A stretch of DNA of 64,000 nucleotides from Vulcanimicrobiota bacterium (GCA_963833095.1 CAWHWQ010000001.1:128001-192000), one strand, 5' to 3'; positions 13,101-21,306 are shown, counted from the stretch's first letter. Notes: generated from the letters alone by a model not told the origin. A program made the numbers and translations.

Positions 13101-13492
13101 ACCTGTGAGAGCGCCACAAGGCCGCTGCTGCGACCATCGAGATCCTCAATTACGAGCCGTGCATTGCCCTTGCTGCCGCGCAGCTGCGCGCACGAAATAA
13201 GCTCGCACAGATTGGCATAGCCGCGCTCGTCTTCGATCAGTAAAGTAAGGCGCGTGCCGTCTTCGAGCGTTAGCTCGCTGCCGATGATCGCGGCAATGCC
13301 CGCGCGCCGAGCCGCTCCGGCAAACCGCACCGCGCCATAGAGGCCGTCCCGGTCGGTCAGCGCGATCGCCGTCAGCTCGAGCTGAGCAGCACGCTCGATC
13401 AGCGTCTCGGGATGGCACGCTCCTTCGAGAAAGGTGAAGTTGGAATAAGCGTGCAGTTCCGCATAGCTCAAGGAAGCTCTGACAATGTCCAT
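10196..13492 (-). CDS. dnaE2: Error-prone DNA polymerase DnaE2 with a 79-codon in-frame palindromic insertion
   Basis: YAELHAYSNFTFLEG, QGRGSAANSAVCY, PDIDIDF, FQIESRAQ, GFPESHAASFA, RQRPGTAKG, C-terminal SHNFH; alternative TTG start at 13471. Confidence 0.96.
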   Translation of the reverse strand: MDIVRASLSYAELHAYSNFTFLEGACHPETLIERAAQLELTAIALTDRDGLYGAVRFAGAARRAGIAAIIGSELTLEDGTRLTLLIEDERGYANLCELISCAQLRGSKGNARLVIEDLDGRSSGLVALSQVPDSQRIDALRAFFGERCYLELQHHLTPDDAQRNDRLVRLAREMHVACVATNGVVYARREDAQLADILACVKETITLDAARAQHRLRPNAEYHLKSAAAMRAIFSAYPQAVDATLGIAQRCAFRLERLTGQFPLFPVPDTYTRQSYLRELTYRGASERYGTPIASNVERQLEYELGIIAKMDLAGYFLIVWDIVQAAARLGVLCQGRGSAANSAVCYALGITAVDPIGMDLLFERFMSEERQEIPDIDIDFAHQDREQVIQYIYERYGRSNAAMAAEVISYRTRSALRDVAKALGFTVEQTDELAKEYDARESLADASAQFGQRAGRLEEFCRRIDGFPRHMGIHSGGMVITRDPLIRVAPIEWATMRDRTIIQWDKDDLQALGLIKIDLLGLGMLSLLREAFSIHKRTLVIPSVAKRSRGKRIWTADKRRLEVLRNSQDANFRWSLRKTRAAGAAQDVPRGASSQAAAQMRFPRLRRCAPTLGMTRGQPLALHTIPPDDPATYDMITKADTIGVFQIESRAQMSMLPRMKPRCFYDIVMQVAIIRPGPIQGQMVHPFLRRRAGLEPVTYPHPKLKPVLERTMGVPLFQEQGMRMAIEAAGFSPGEADVLRRAMGHKRSHERMREIFPRLVEGMMANGIDRAAAEQLFHMLEGFADYGFPESHAASFALLAYASAYVKCHFPAIFAAAILNVQPMGFYSTEVLVNDARRHGVVVKPVEVNASEYWSHVDARGALRLGFHLVRGLGSAQKERLEAALRGGAFTDLLTFAQRTRLEKEAIENLAVAGAFAPWFGSRREAMWALRALDEREARGELGKLMDVVEPAVRFAPLGPKVETSFDLWSTGVTAKGQAVAHFRAQLDAKRVIPAKGLEAMPNHLVCRVGGLVITRQRPGTAKGFVFLTIEDETGLVNVIVRPDVYERYRRVIRTASMIVIEGVLQKEQGTIDVLARAAWVFDDEGVVGGVRSHNFH
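11641..11877. mobile_element. 237-bp palindromic REP/RPE-like element in frame in dnaE2 (family A)
   Basis: Perfect IRs 11641-11661/11857-11877 (21 bp) and 11673-11696/11828-11851 (24 bp); internal CATCCTG hairpins. Confidence 0.88.
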
Positions 13493-13734
13493 GTACCGGT
13501 CGTTATGGCCCCGATGATTGCAGCGCCGAGGAGTCGGTGAGGAAGCATAGCCGGGGCGTTCTGTAACCGAGCCGACGACGACGGAGATGCGTCATCGCGG
13601 CCATAACCCGAAGGGCAAGGGCATTTGTGGTGCACCTCTTCGTTGCACCCTCGGTCACAGAGCGCGTTACTATGCTCCTTCGGCTGCGCCTCAATCTGCA
13701 CCACAAATGCATCTTGCGATCGGCACAGCGACAT
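13468..13734 (-). CDS. Possible 88-aa spacer ORF crossing the palindrome at 13621-13710
   Basis: ATG 13734 after AAGGA; its TGA overlaps an in-frame TTG of dnaE2; no recognisable domain. Confidence 0.3.
   Translation of the reverse strand: MSLCRSQDAFVVQIEAQPKEHSNALCDRGCNEEVHHKCPCPSGYGRDDASPSSSARLQNAPAMLPHRLLGAAIIGAITTGTWTLSELP
13621..13710. repeat. 90-bp ERIC-like palindromic element
   Basis: Perfect 14-bp IR GCATTTGTGGTGCA; core CGGTCACAGAG..CTATGCTCC resembles the ERIC core GTCAC...GCTCC. Confidence 0.65.
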
Positions 13735-13747
13735 CGTCAGAGTTTCC

Positions 13748-14230
13748 TTATCTCCGTAGCCACGTGCGGAGCATCCGCAAATCGAGTCGCGTAACGATCT
13801 GCGGACACTCGGCACTGCAGCAGTGCAGCGCACGCAACCGTTCGCGCACGCGCTCCCGCGCGCAGGCGAACTCGGCATCGATCGCGGCACTGGATAGAAA
13901 GCGTTCGTTCTCGATTCGCAAGTGAGCGAAACGACGGTGCAGGGTCCGTTCGTCCTCGATCTCGCCGACGAAGCACGCGCGTAACCGGAGACGCTCGCCG
14001 TATCGGAACCCCGCGCGCAGTTCCCGGATACGCCTCATCGGATGCTCCGAGTAGCCCACCTTCACGCAGCCGCCGTCGAGCTCGAGCAGATAGACGAATC
14101 CGTAGTTAAAGCCGGCCAGTTCTTCGAGCGGGGAGAGCAGATGATTGGTACGGGTGATCTCGCCGCTGCGAAGCCACGCCGATGCGACACGTTGAAACCG
14201 CTCGCACGCGGTTTGCTCGACGCTAATCAT
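13748..14230 (-). CDS. T5orf172/MUG113-like (GIY-YIG superfamily) protein
   Basis: GFVYLL...VKVGYS..P..R...L...E..LH..F...R...E.F pattern. Confidence 0.8.
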   Translation of the reverse strand: MISVEQTACERFQRVASAWLRSGEITRTNHLLSPLEELAGFNYGFVYLLELDGGCVKVGYSEHPMRRIRELRAGFRYGERLRLRACFVGEIEDERTLHRRFAHLRIENERFLSSAAIDAEFACARERVRERLRALHCCSAECPQIVTRLDLRMLRTWLRR

Positions 14231-14247
14231 ACGACCCCCGCAGATTT

Positions 14248-14316
14248 CCCCAACGGCCGGCCGCCGTCGGGGGCCCCTTCCGTTTTAAAGCGCTTCGCTT
14301 ACGCTCCGCGCCTCCT
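14248..14316 (-). repeat. Family B repeat with halves permuted, between duplicated imuB 3' ends
   Basis: GGCGCGGAGCGTAAGCGAAGCGCTTTAAA then GGGGCCCCCGACGGC..GCCGTTGGGG. Confidence 0.7.
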
Positions 14317-14352
14317 GTCGCTGATATCTGCGAGCCTGCGATAAGAGCAATG

Positions 14353-15618
14353 CTAATCATATGAACCTCGCAGATACCAGCGTTCGCCTTGACGATAGAT
14401 CCGCCAGACTTGGCCGGTATCGAGTTGCACGTCGTATTCGTCGCGCGCGGTGTGGGCGGCGGTGAACCACCCTTCTTCAACGCGCCACGGCCCGGAGCAA
14501 TGTTGTACGATACGCTCCCCGATACTCGAGGGCTCTCCCCGGCGCAAGCGGACGTCGATCTCAGTGACCGCGAGCAAGCGCAGTTGCGGCACGATCTTCG
14601 TGGATTCGGCTTCGCCCAATCTGTAGCGTTCGGCCTTGGGCCGATCCGCACTAAGCGTGAACGGTTCGTAGGTGAAACGCTCTTCGAGCTGGTGGGCTGC
14701 CCGTGTGTGCGCCCGGCGCACCGGTTCACCAAGCATCGCTTCGAGCCGTGCCAGCACCACCGCAACGTTCGCGCGATCGATCTCATCGCCGGCGAGCAAC
14801 GGCATCGGTTCTCCACCTTCTTCTAAGCCGGCCGCACGCAGACGCAAGCCGCAGATTGGCGCCGGAAAACTCGCGCCTTCCAATTTTGCACGCAGTACGT
14901 CAAGCATCGCACGCTCCTGCGAGGTGGCAGCGGCGAGTTGCACCTCGATGCGCGCGGTATCCGCACTCTCGAGTTCGATCTCGACCTGTAATGCGCTCGC
15001 GCGCTTGCCGCAACGTTCCAAATCGCTGCAGATCCGTCCGATCAATACGCGCAATGCAAAGACGACGGCTGCTTCGCTCTGCGCCGAACCCTCGCCGAGC
15101 ATAGCCGCCTCGATTGTGATTGCGTGTCCGCGTGGCACGAACGGTGAACGATCGACGCCGCGCGCAGCCTCGTGCCAACGCGCCGCATCGGGACCGAAGC
15201 GGCGCACGAAGGGCCCGTGCGGCAGTGCAGCTAGCGCTCCGAGCGTCGTGACACCGAGCAGATGCAACCGTTCGATGATATCGGCATCGCATTCCAAAAC
15301 ACCAAGCGGCATCGGCGCCAGCGTTTGCGCTTCGCGGCCTACCTCGATCTGCGTGACATCAGCATTCCAGGAAGCGGCAAATGCGCAGAAACGATTCGGC
15401 CCCGCTCCGACGCGCGCGCAAAGCGCATACGGGACAAGCGCGGTGCGGATGCTTGCGCTCCATGCTGCAAAATCGCCGCCTGCGCCGTGCATATCGAGCA
15501 ACGTGACGCCGCGACGCACATCTTCGATCAGCGGCGTGACCGCGTCGAGCGCATCGAGGATCTCTTGCCAGACGTCATCACTGCGCACGTCATCAACAAT
15601 CCGGACACAAACGATCAT
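14353..15618 (-). CDS. imuB: ImuB-like inactive Y-family polymerase
   Basis: VTPLIE, VGAGPNRFCA, LHLLGVTTLGALAALP, RRFG, GPWRVEEGWF, RDEYDV, WYLRGSYD; operon position. Confidence 0.88.
   Translation of the reverse strand: MIVCVRIVDDVRSDDVWQEILDALDAVTPLIEDVRRGVTLLDMHGAGGDFAAWSASIRTALVPYALCARVGAGPNRFCAFAASWNADVTQIEVGREAQTLAPMPLGVLECDADIIERLHLLGVTTLGALAALPHGPFVRRFGPDAARWHEAARGVDRSPFVPRGHAITIEAAMLGEGSAQSEAAVVFALRVLIGRICSDLERCGKRASALQVEIELESADTARIEVQLAAATSQERAMLDVLRAKLEGASFPAPICGLRLRAAGLEEGGEPMPLLAGDEIDRANVAVVLARLEAMLGEPVRRAHTRAAHQLEERFTYEPFTLSADRPKAERYRLGEAESTKIVPQLRLLAVTEIDVRLRRGEPSSIGERIVQHCSGPWRVEEGWFTAAHTARDEYDVQLDTGQVWRIYRQGERWYLRGSYD
14601..14646 (-). repeat. 46-bp repeat (family C) in frame within imuB
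   Basis: 43/46 identical to 16396-16441 in opposite orientation. Confidence 0.8.
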
Positions 15619-16283
15619 TGCACCATCCCCAGTTCATTGAGAACAAACGGAGTTAAAGATTTCCTGAACTTGTGTTTACGCAGTTCGGTCCGCACCTCAA
15701 ACCCGGTAAAGACCCCCCAGATCCCCCGCGTACCAGTGTGAACGTGCCGCTCGACGCGGCATGACAGGCAGACCGTTGCCGCCGCGGAAAGCTCCGCGAT
15801 CGTCCTCGTCGCGAGCACCACGAGCACCGCTCCGGCCTTCTGAGCAAGATTGGCAAGGCGGGTCCAGACCGCGGCACGTAGCGTTGTGGCTGTCATAACC
15901 ACGACTCGGGCGGTACGCGAGCGTAGGAGCAAATCGGCGGCCCGAGCTGCCCGAACCGGCGTAGCGGCGGGAACGATCAAGAGCCGGTCCAAACGGACCC
16001 CGGCGGCTTCTAAGGCGGGCGGATAGAGCTCGCCGCCGTCGATGACCGCAGCTAACCCATTGCGCGTCGCCTGGGCGAGCAGCACCGCAGCGATGCTGTG
16101 GGTACCGGCGGTCCCGCAGCCTTCGAGGGTGACCAGGGAGCCGCAAGGGAAGCCCCCACCAAGCAGGGCGTCAATGTCCGCAATGGCGGTTGGAAAGAGC
16201 GCCTCCCGGCCGTTGCGTGGCGCGGTGCCCGCAGCGTAGAAGCGGGCTTTGAGCTCCTGGAAGTCGGTGCGTGCCGGAAGCAT
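15615..16283 (-). CDS. imuA: ImuA-like RecA-fold protein
   Basis: FPTAIADIDALLGGGFPCGSLVTL, LYPPALEAAGVRLDRLLIV, RLANLAQ; ATGA-coupled to imuB. Confidence 0.85.
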   Translation of the reverse strand: MLPARTDFQELKARFYAAGTAPRNGREALFPTAIADIDALLGGGFPCGSLVTLEGCGTAGTHSIAAVLLAQATRNGLAAVIDGGELYPPALEAAGVRLDRLLIVPAATPVRAARAADLLLRSRTARVVVMTATTLRAAVWTRLANLAQKAGAVLVVLATRTIAELSAAATVCLSCRVERHVHTGTRGIWGVFTGFEVRTELRKHKFRKSLTPFVLNELGMVQ

Positions 16284-16291
16284 GGGTCCCC

Positions 16292-16321
16292 ATCCTAATC
16301 GAACATATGTTCGGTCGTCAA
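16292..16321 (-). promoter_or_regulatory. sigmaA-type promoter with LexA (SOS) box
   Basis: TTGACG-18 nt-TAGGAT; perfect CGAACATATGTTCG at 16300-16313 between the boxes. Confidence 0.88.
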
Positions 16322-16395
16322 TCCCCCAACTTCGCCAAAGAATCCCACCCACGGATCGGCCGTAGGCCGAACGTAAAGGGGCCAGCCAAGCTGGA

Positions 16396-16441
16396 GATCA
16401 GCCGAAGGCCGAACGCTACAGATTTGGCGAAGCCGAATCCA
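16396..16441 (+). repeat. 46-bp repeat (family C), intergenic copy; partial copy at 16352-16372
   Basis: GATCAGCCGAAGGCCGAACGCTACAGATTTGGCGAAGCCGAATCCA. Confidence 0.8.
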
Positions 16442-16830
16442 TGCCGCCGGACGATCGCATTGAGGAATGGGCCCTAGGACTCGTCAAAGCGGACGTGCAC
16501 GCTTTTAAGCGGGCGCGGGTGCGCTTTTTGCGTCAGCGCAGCGCCAAACGCTTGCACGAGCTGCGTACCACCGCGCGGCGTTTGCGGTGCATTCACGAAG
16601 ATCTGCGAGAAGCAATTCCACCGTTTTCGCTCAAACGCTTACGCCGCTTGATCGATTTGACCGGCGAGGCGCGCGATGCGGCGGTCATGCGTGAGGCGCT
16701 ACGCAACGCCCTCGACACACGCGAGCGTCATGCCGCTCGTAGCTTGTTGCGCGCGCTGCGCCGGCGCGAGCGTCTCGCCCTTGCTCGCATCGCTCGGGCG
16801 CTCGAACACGTGAAGCCGACGCAGCCATGA
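16441..16830 (+). CDS. CHAD-domain protein, N-half type
   Basis: LHELRTTARRLR, GEARDAAV. Confidence 0.8.
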   Translation: MPPDDRIEEWALGLVKADVHAFKRARVRFLRQRSAKRLHELRTTARRLRCIHEDLREAIPPFSLKRLRRLIDLTGEARDAAVMREALRNALDTRERHAARSLLRALRRRERLALARIARALEHVKPTQP

Positions 16831-17282
16831 AAGCCCGTCACGTCGATCTCTCCGATTCGTGCGGCGTCGATGATGCGATGCGCCGCATCGCCATCGTGCG
16901 TTTCGCTGAAGTGCTTACACTCGTTCCTGCGCTGCGTCATGGAAGAAGCAAGGATCTGCACGATCTGCGCATCGCCTGCAAGCGCCTGCGTTACGCCCTC
17001 GAACGCTACACGCCACGCGAGCCGGCGCTCCTCGAAGCAGCGAGCCGCCTAAGCCAGTTGCAAGACGCGCTCGGCGACTTGCACGATCGTGACCTGCTGT
17101 TGCTCGCAATGTCGAAAGATTTACACGTGAGCGCGCAGCGCATACGCATGCAGCGCGATGACGCGCTCTCCCGCGCGCGCGCATTGTGGCGCGATGCATT
17201 CGCGACCTACGGCCCCTTCGAAGGGCTGATGCGCTTTACCGGACTCGGTTACGGTTTCGGTGACGGCGTGGGAACCGGCTGA
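16827..17282 (+). CDS. CHAD-domain protein, C-half type
   Basis: LHDLRIACKRLRYALE, LQDALGDLHD. Confidence 0.85.
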   Translation: MKARHVDLSDSCGVDDAMRRIAIVRFAEVLTLVPALRHGRSKDLHDLRIACKRLRYALERYTPREPALLEAASRLSQLQDALGDLHDRDLLLLAMSKDLHVSAQRIRMQRDDALSRARALWRDAFATYGPFEGLMRFTGLGYGFGDGVGTG

Positions 17283-18067
17283 CCGCTGCAGTATCTGCTC
17301 GTGGCGATGATCGCGTTCGCGAGCGGAGCCTCATCCTTTTTGTTCTGTTCTTGCGCCCACTCAACGCCGTCTTTGAGGCTGCTGACGGGATTGTAACCAA
17401 CCGCAAGACCGGGAATTTTGGACAGATCGATCTCGTACTGATTGGGTTGAAGCCCAGCCTGGAGCGCCGTGTCGTCGAACACCTGCGGCTTCCCCTGCGG
17501 GTTAGGGGTCCCGGTAATCGAATTGAGATCGTTGCTCGATTGGCCGGGCGCATTGTTGCCCGTCATGGCGGATAAATACCCGAAGCCTTCGTGTTGCATT
17601 TGCCCGAGCTGCTGCGTATCGACGAAACCGTTGATGATGTCGATCGACGCCTGCTGATTGGCAAGCGCTTTGAGCGCTTCATTTTTAATGCCGACCAGCT
17701 GCTTATCTTCAGGCGTCTTGGGATCACTCGGAAAGACCGACGGGTCATCGAGAAGCTTTTGAATCGCCAGCGTGTTTTGAACCAGCGGCGTAACCAAATT
17801 CTCGAGATGCATTACCGCCATGTTCTGACCCGCATCGCTTCCGGCCGCGCCCGAATCGATGTAACTCTTGAAGAGCGGGGGACTCTTGGCGATCGTCGCG
17901 TCGTTTTGGATCATCATCGCAATCGCCGGTCGGAACTTCGTCGCCAGCGCGCTACAGAGTGGACGCGAGACCGAGTGATAGATTTCCGGCAGAAATGTCG
18001 GCGCCGGAGTCGGGGTCGCGCCGATCAAAAGCAACGCGAGCAAGGCGGGAGTACGCATTGTGGTCAT
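17249..18067 (-). CDS. Secreted hypothetical protein
   Basis: Signal-peptide-like ALLALLLIGA, PTPAP linker, terminal Cys pair. Confidence 0.75.
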   Translation of the reverse strand: MTTMRTPALLALLLIGATPTPAPTFLPEIYHSVSRPLCSALATKFRPAIAMMIQNDATIAKSPPLFKSYIDSGAAGSDAGQNMAVMHLENLVTPLVQNTLAIQKLLDDPSVFPSDPKTPEDKQLVGIKNEALKALANQQASIDIINGFVDTQQLGQMQHEGFGYLSAMTGNNAPGQSSNDLNSITGTPNPQGKPQVFDDTALQAGLQPNQYEIDLSKIPGLAVGYNPVSSLKDGVEWAQEQNKKDEAPLANAIIATSRYCSGQPVPTPSPKP

Positions 18068-18146
18068 CTACGACAAGAACACAGCACATTGCCTGCTGTG
18101 ACGGCGCAATCCTCAGGATACGGATGAAGTGTTCGGAGCACAGAAT

Positions 18147-18173
18147 GTTCGACCCACCAAAGGTGGGCCGAAC
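18147..18173 (-). terminator. 12-bp hairpin immediately after cheW
   Basis: GTTCGGCCCACC-TTT-GGTGGGTCGAAC on minus strand; no strong U-tract. Confidence 0.45.
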
Positions 18174-18177
18174 CGTC

Positions 18178-18684
18178 CTAAGTCGCTACGGCTTCGTTGA
18201 CTTGCTCGAGCGCCTGCTTCTCCTCGCCCGAAATCACCATGGTGAGATCGAGCATAATAATCAGTCGCTCGTCCATCTTACCGACGCCCTGGATGTACTC
18301 GGTACCGACGCCGGCGATCATTTCGGGCGCGTCCTCGACATTCTCGATCGGAATGTTGAGCACTTCGCTCACCGAATCGACCACCATGCCGACGCGCTTG
18401 TTGCCGATCTCAGTCACGATGATGCGCGTGCTCTTGGTCGCGTCGATGCGCTTCATGCCGAAGCGCGTGCGCAGGTCGATGATCGGAATCAATTGGCCGC
18501 GCAGGTTAATCACGCCCTCCATGAACTTGGGAGCGCGCGGGACGTGCGTGATTTCGACCATACGGATGATTTCTTGAACTTGCGAAATATCGACGCCGTA
18601 CTCTTCGCTTCCCAAGCGAAACGATACGACCTGGACGACCTCGCCCGAGAACTGCTGCTTCTTCTCTTCTCTACCGTCTGCCAT
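18178..18684 (-). CDS. cheW: Chemotaxis coupling protein CheW
   Basis: FRLGSEEYG, VPRAPKFMEGVINLRG, VVDSVSEV. Confidence 0.96.
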   Translation of the reverse strand: MADGREEKKQQFSGEVVQVVSFRLGSEEYGVDISQVQEIIRMVEITHVPRAPKFMEGVINLRGQLIPIIDLRTRFGMKRIDATKSTRIIVTEIGNKRVGMVVDSVSEVLNIPIENVEDAPEMIAGVGTEYIQGVGKMDERLIIMLDLTMVISGEEKQALEQVNEAVAT

Positions 18685-18696
18685 TGTGTGTGATCC

Positions 18697-20691
18697 TTAC
18701 ACCCCAGAGAATTCAGCGCGGGCAACTCTTCCGCCGGCGTAGGCTTCGCCCACCAGCGAGTGCACGTCGATGATCAGCGAGATCGATCCGTTGCCGAGAA
18801 TCGTCGCGCCCGAAATGCCCGCGATTCTGCCGACCACGTCGGAGAGCGGCTTGATCACGATCTCTTGCTCTCCCTCGAACTGGTCCACCACGAGCCCGAC
18901 TTGGCGTCCCTGCAGGCCCACGATGACGATCATCACCTTGTCTGGGTCGCGCTGACCGCCCAACTCGAAGAACTCGGCGATTCGCACCAGCGGCACGACC
19001 TGTCCGCGCAGGGTGATGACTTCGTTGCCATGGACGGTCCGCACGTCGACCATCTCTACACGCTGCGACTCGATGACCGAATCAAGCGGAATCGCATATA
19101 GTTCTTCACCCACGCGGACCAGGAGCGCCTGGATAATGGCCAGCGTCAAGGGTAATTTGATCGTAAAGCGCGTGCCCTGCCCGGGCGTGGTGTCGACGTC
19201 GAAGACGCCTTTGAGTCGGCTGATGTTGCGCTTGACGACGTCCATGCCTACGCCACGACCGGAAACGTCGGAGACCACGTCAGCCGTCGAGAAGCCTGGT
19301 GTAAAGATCAGCTCAATGATCTCGCGATCGGAGAGGCGATCGTCGGCCGAGATCAATCCTTGCTTGATGCCTCGCGCGCGAACTTTCTCGAGATTGATCC
19401 CCCCACCGTCATCGGACACCTCGATGATGATCTGATTGCCTTCGTGGTACGCGTTGAGCGAAATCGTGCCGACGCGCGCCTTGCCGAGCTTTTCCCGCTC
19501 GTCGGGAGGCTCGATCCCGTGGTCGACGTTGTTGCGCAGTAGATGCATGAGCGGCTCACCGACTTCATCGACGATGGTCTTGTCGAGGTCGGTTTCGGCA
19601 CCCGAGATTATGAGCTGCACTTCTTTGCCACGCGCCTTGGCCACGTCGCGCACCAGTCGCGGGAAACGATCGAATACTTGACCGATCGGCACCATGCGCA
19701 CTTTCATGATCGACTCTTGAATCTCGTTGGTCGTACGCGCGAGCAGCGCGGCCGAATCGGCGAGATCCTTGGCCAGCGGCGCGATGATCCCCGAAGATGC
19801 TCCGCCCGCAGTGCTGGCCTTGTCGGCCATCAGTCGCTCCAGCGTATTGGCGATGTCCGAGATGCGCGTGCGGTTGATCACCAATTCGCCGACGAGATTG
19901 AGTAACGCATCCAAACGCTCGATATCGACGCGAATCGTTTGGTGAATGGACGAACGCTTTTGCTCTGCGTTGGGCGACGCGGTGCCGGTCGCGCCGGCGG
20001 CCGGCGGCGCTTTGGGCGCCGGTGCTTCGGGCTTTGGTGCGACGGGCTCGGGCGCCGCACTCGAAACCGCCTGGACGTCTTCGAAGGCCGGTACGTCGGT
20101 GGACGCGGGTGCGGTCGCTGCGGCTGCAGCCTTTTCTGCCGCAGCCTGCGCCAAGAGCCGCTGCACTTCGGCCTCGAAGGCCTCGGCGTCGGTTGGGCCG
20201 GCCGCGGTCTGCTCGGCAGCGTGCGCTGCATCAAAGGATTGTTCGGGGCCGCCGCGGCCCTCGATGACCTGCGCGGTCTGCTCGTAAATCGAAGTGAACT
20301 TATCGAGCTTTTCGATGTATTCTTGGACGCCGGTGGGCGAGCTCTGATCGCCGATCGCCGCTTCGACGAGTTCGGTTAGCAGGTCGCGCCCCGAAAAGAG
20401 TATTTCGAGAACGCTCTCCGAGAGCGGCATGCGATCCTTGCGCAGCAAGTCGCACAGATTTTCGAGCTTGTGCGCCAGACCCTGAACGTCGGTAAACCCG
20501 AGCATGCCCGCGCTACCCTTGACGGTATGCAGCGCGCGAAAGAGCGAGTTGACGATCTCAGGATCGTGTTCGCCGGTCTGGACGAATTCTTCGAGCTTCA
20601 GCAAATCCGCATCGATTTGCTGAAGCAGTTCTTCAGCCTCGTCGCGGAAATACGAGATGAACTCTTCTCGATTAAAGAGTTCGTCTGACAT
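18697..20691 (-). CDS. cheA: Chemotaxis histidine kinase CheA
   Basis: LFRALHTVKGSAG, LLNLVGELVI, HLLRNNVDHGIE, SGRGVGMDVVK, KLPLTLAI. Confidence 0.97.
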   Translation of the reverse strand: MSDELFNREEFISYFRDEAEELLQQIDADLLKLEEFVQTGEHDPEIVNSLFRALHTVKGSAGMLGFTDVQGLAHKLENLCDLLRKDRMPLSESVLEILFSGRDLLTELVEAAIGDQSSPTGVQEYIEKLDKFTSIYEQTAQVIEGRGGPEQSFDAAHAAEQTAAGPTDAEAFEAEVQRLLAQAAAEKAAAAATAPASTDVPAFEDVQAVSSAAPEPVAPKPEAPAPKAPPAAGATGTASPNAEQKRSSIHQTIRVDIERLDALLNLVGELVINRTRISDIANTLERLMADKASTAGGASSGIIAPLAKDLADSAALLARTTNEIQESIMKVRMVPIGQVFDRFPRLVRDVAKARGKEVQLIISGAETDLDKTIVDEVGEPLMHLLRNNVDHGIEPPDEREKLGKARVGTISLNAYHEGNQIIIEVSDDGGGINLEKVRARGIKQGLISADDRLSDREIIELIFTPGFSTADVVSDVSGRGVGMDVVKRNISRLKGVFDVDTTPGQGTRFTIKLPLTLAIIQALLVRVGEELYAIPLDSVIESQRVEMVDVRTVHGNEVITLRGQVVPLVRIAEFFELGGQRDPDKVMIVIVGLQGRQVGLVVDQFEGEQEIVIKPLSDVVGRIAGISGATILGNGSISLIIDVHSLVGEAYAGGRVARAEFSGV

Positions 20692-20694
20692 GGT

Positions 20695-21306
20695 TTATTC
20701 TACGCCAAAGACCGAGAGAAGCGGCCCGAGCGATCCCGTTTCCGGGATGAGGATGAATTGCCCGGCGACTTCTTTCTCTTTGTCGAGGAAGCTCGACTCG
20801 ATGAGGAAGACGTCTTGATCGGGCAGGATCGACATCAGCGTGCGGAACGCGGCTTGCACCGTGCCGTACGAGAGCGTCGGCACCGAGGGCAGCAGGTTAG
20901 AACCGGTAAGCTGAATGATCGCGGTGAGATACGAGCCCGCGATGATGTTGCCCAGTTCCTTGAGCGTTGAGTCCGCGATCGAATCGAAGATCTGAATGTC
21001 GCCGATCACGCGGTGCAAGAACTGGCTGACGAAGTCGAGCGCCTGTTCGCGATCGAAGAGAACGACCATTTGCCCTGGCGCTTCGCCGCGCACATACATG
21101 TGCAGTGCCGCGACGGTACGGTTCTCATGTCCGACGCGCGATGCGAGATCGCGAAATTTGATAACGTCGATGCGCGGCTCGGAAAGATTGATCTTGGTGT
21201 TGAGCAACTGTGAGAGCGCGGTCGCCGCGTGACCTGCGCCGATGTTTCCGACCTCCTTGAGCGCGTCTTTTTGGAGGTCGTTGAGTTGCATGCCGCCGCC
21301 GCTCAT
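20695..21306 (-). CDS. cheC: CheY-P phosphatase CheC
   Basis: DALKEVGNIGAGHAATALS and STLKELGNII. Confidence 0.93.
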   Translation of the reverse strand: MSGGGMQLNDLQKDALKEVGNIGAGHAATALSQLLNTKINLSEPRIDVIKFRDLASRVGHENRTVAALHMYVRGEAPGQMVVLFDREQALDFVSQFLHRVIGDIQIFDSIADSTLKELGNIIAGSYLTAIIQLTGSNLLPSVPTLSYGTVQAAFRTLMSILPDQDVFLIESSFLDKEKEVAGQFILIPETGSLGPLLSVFGVE

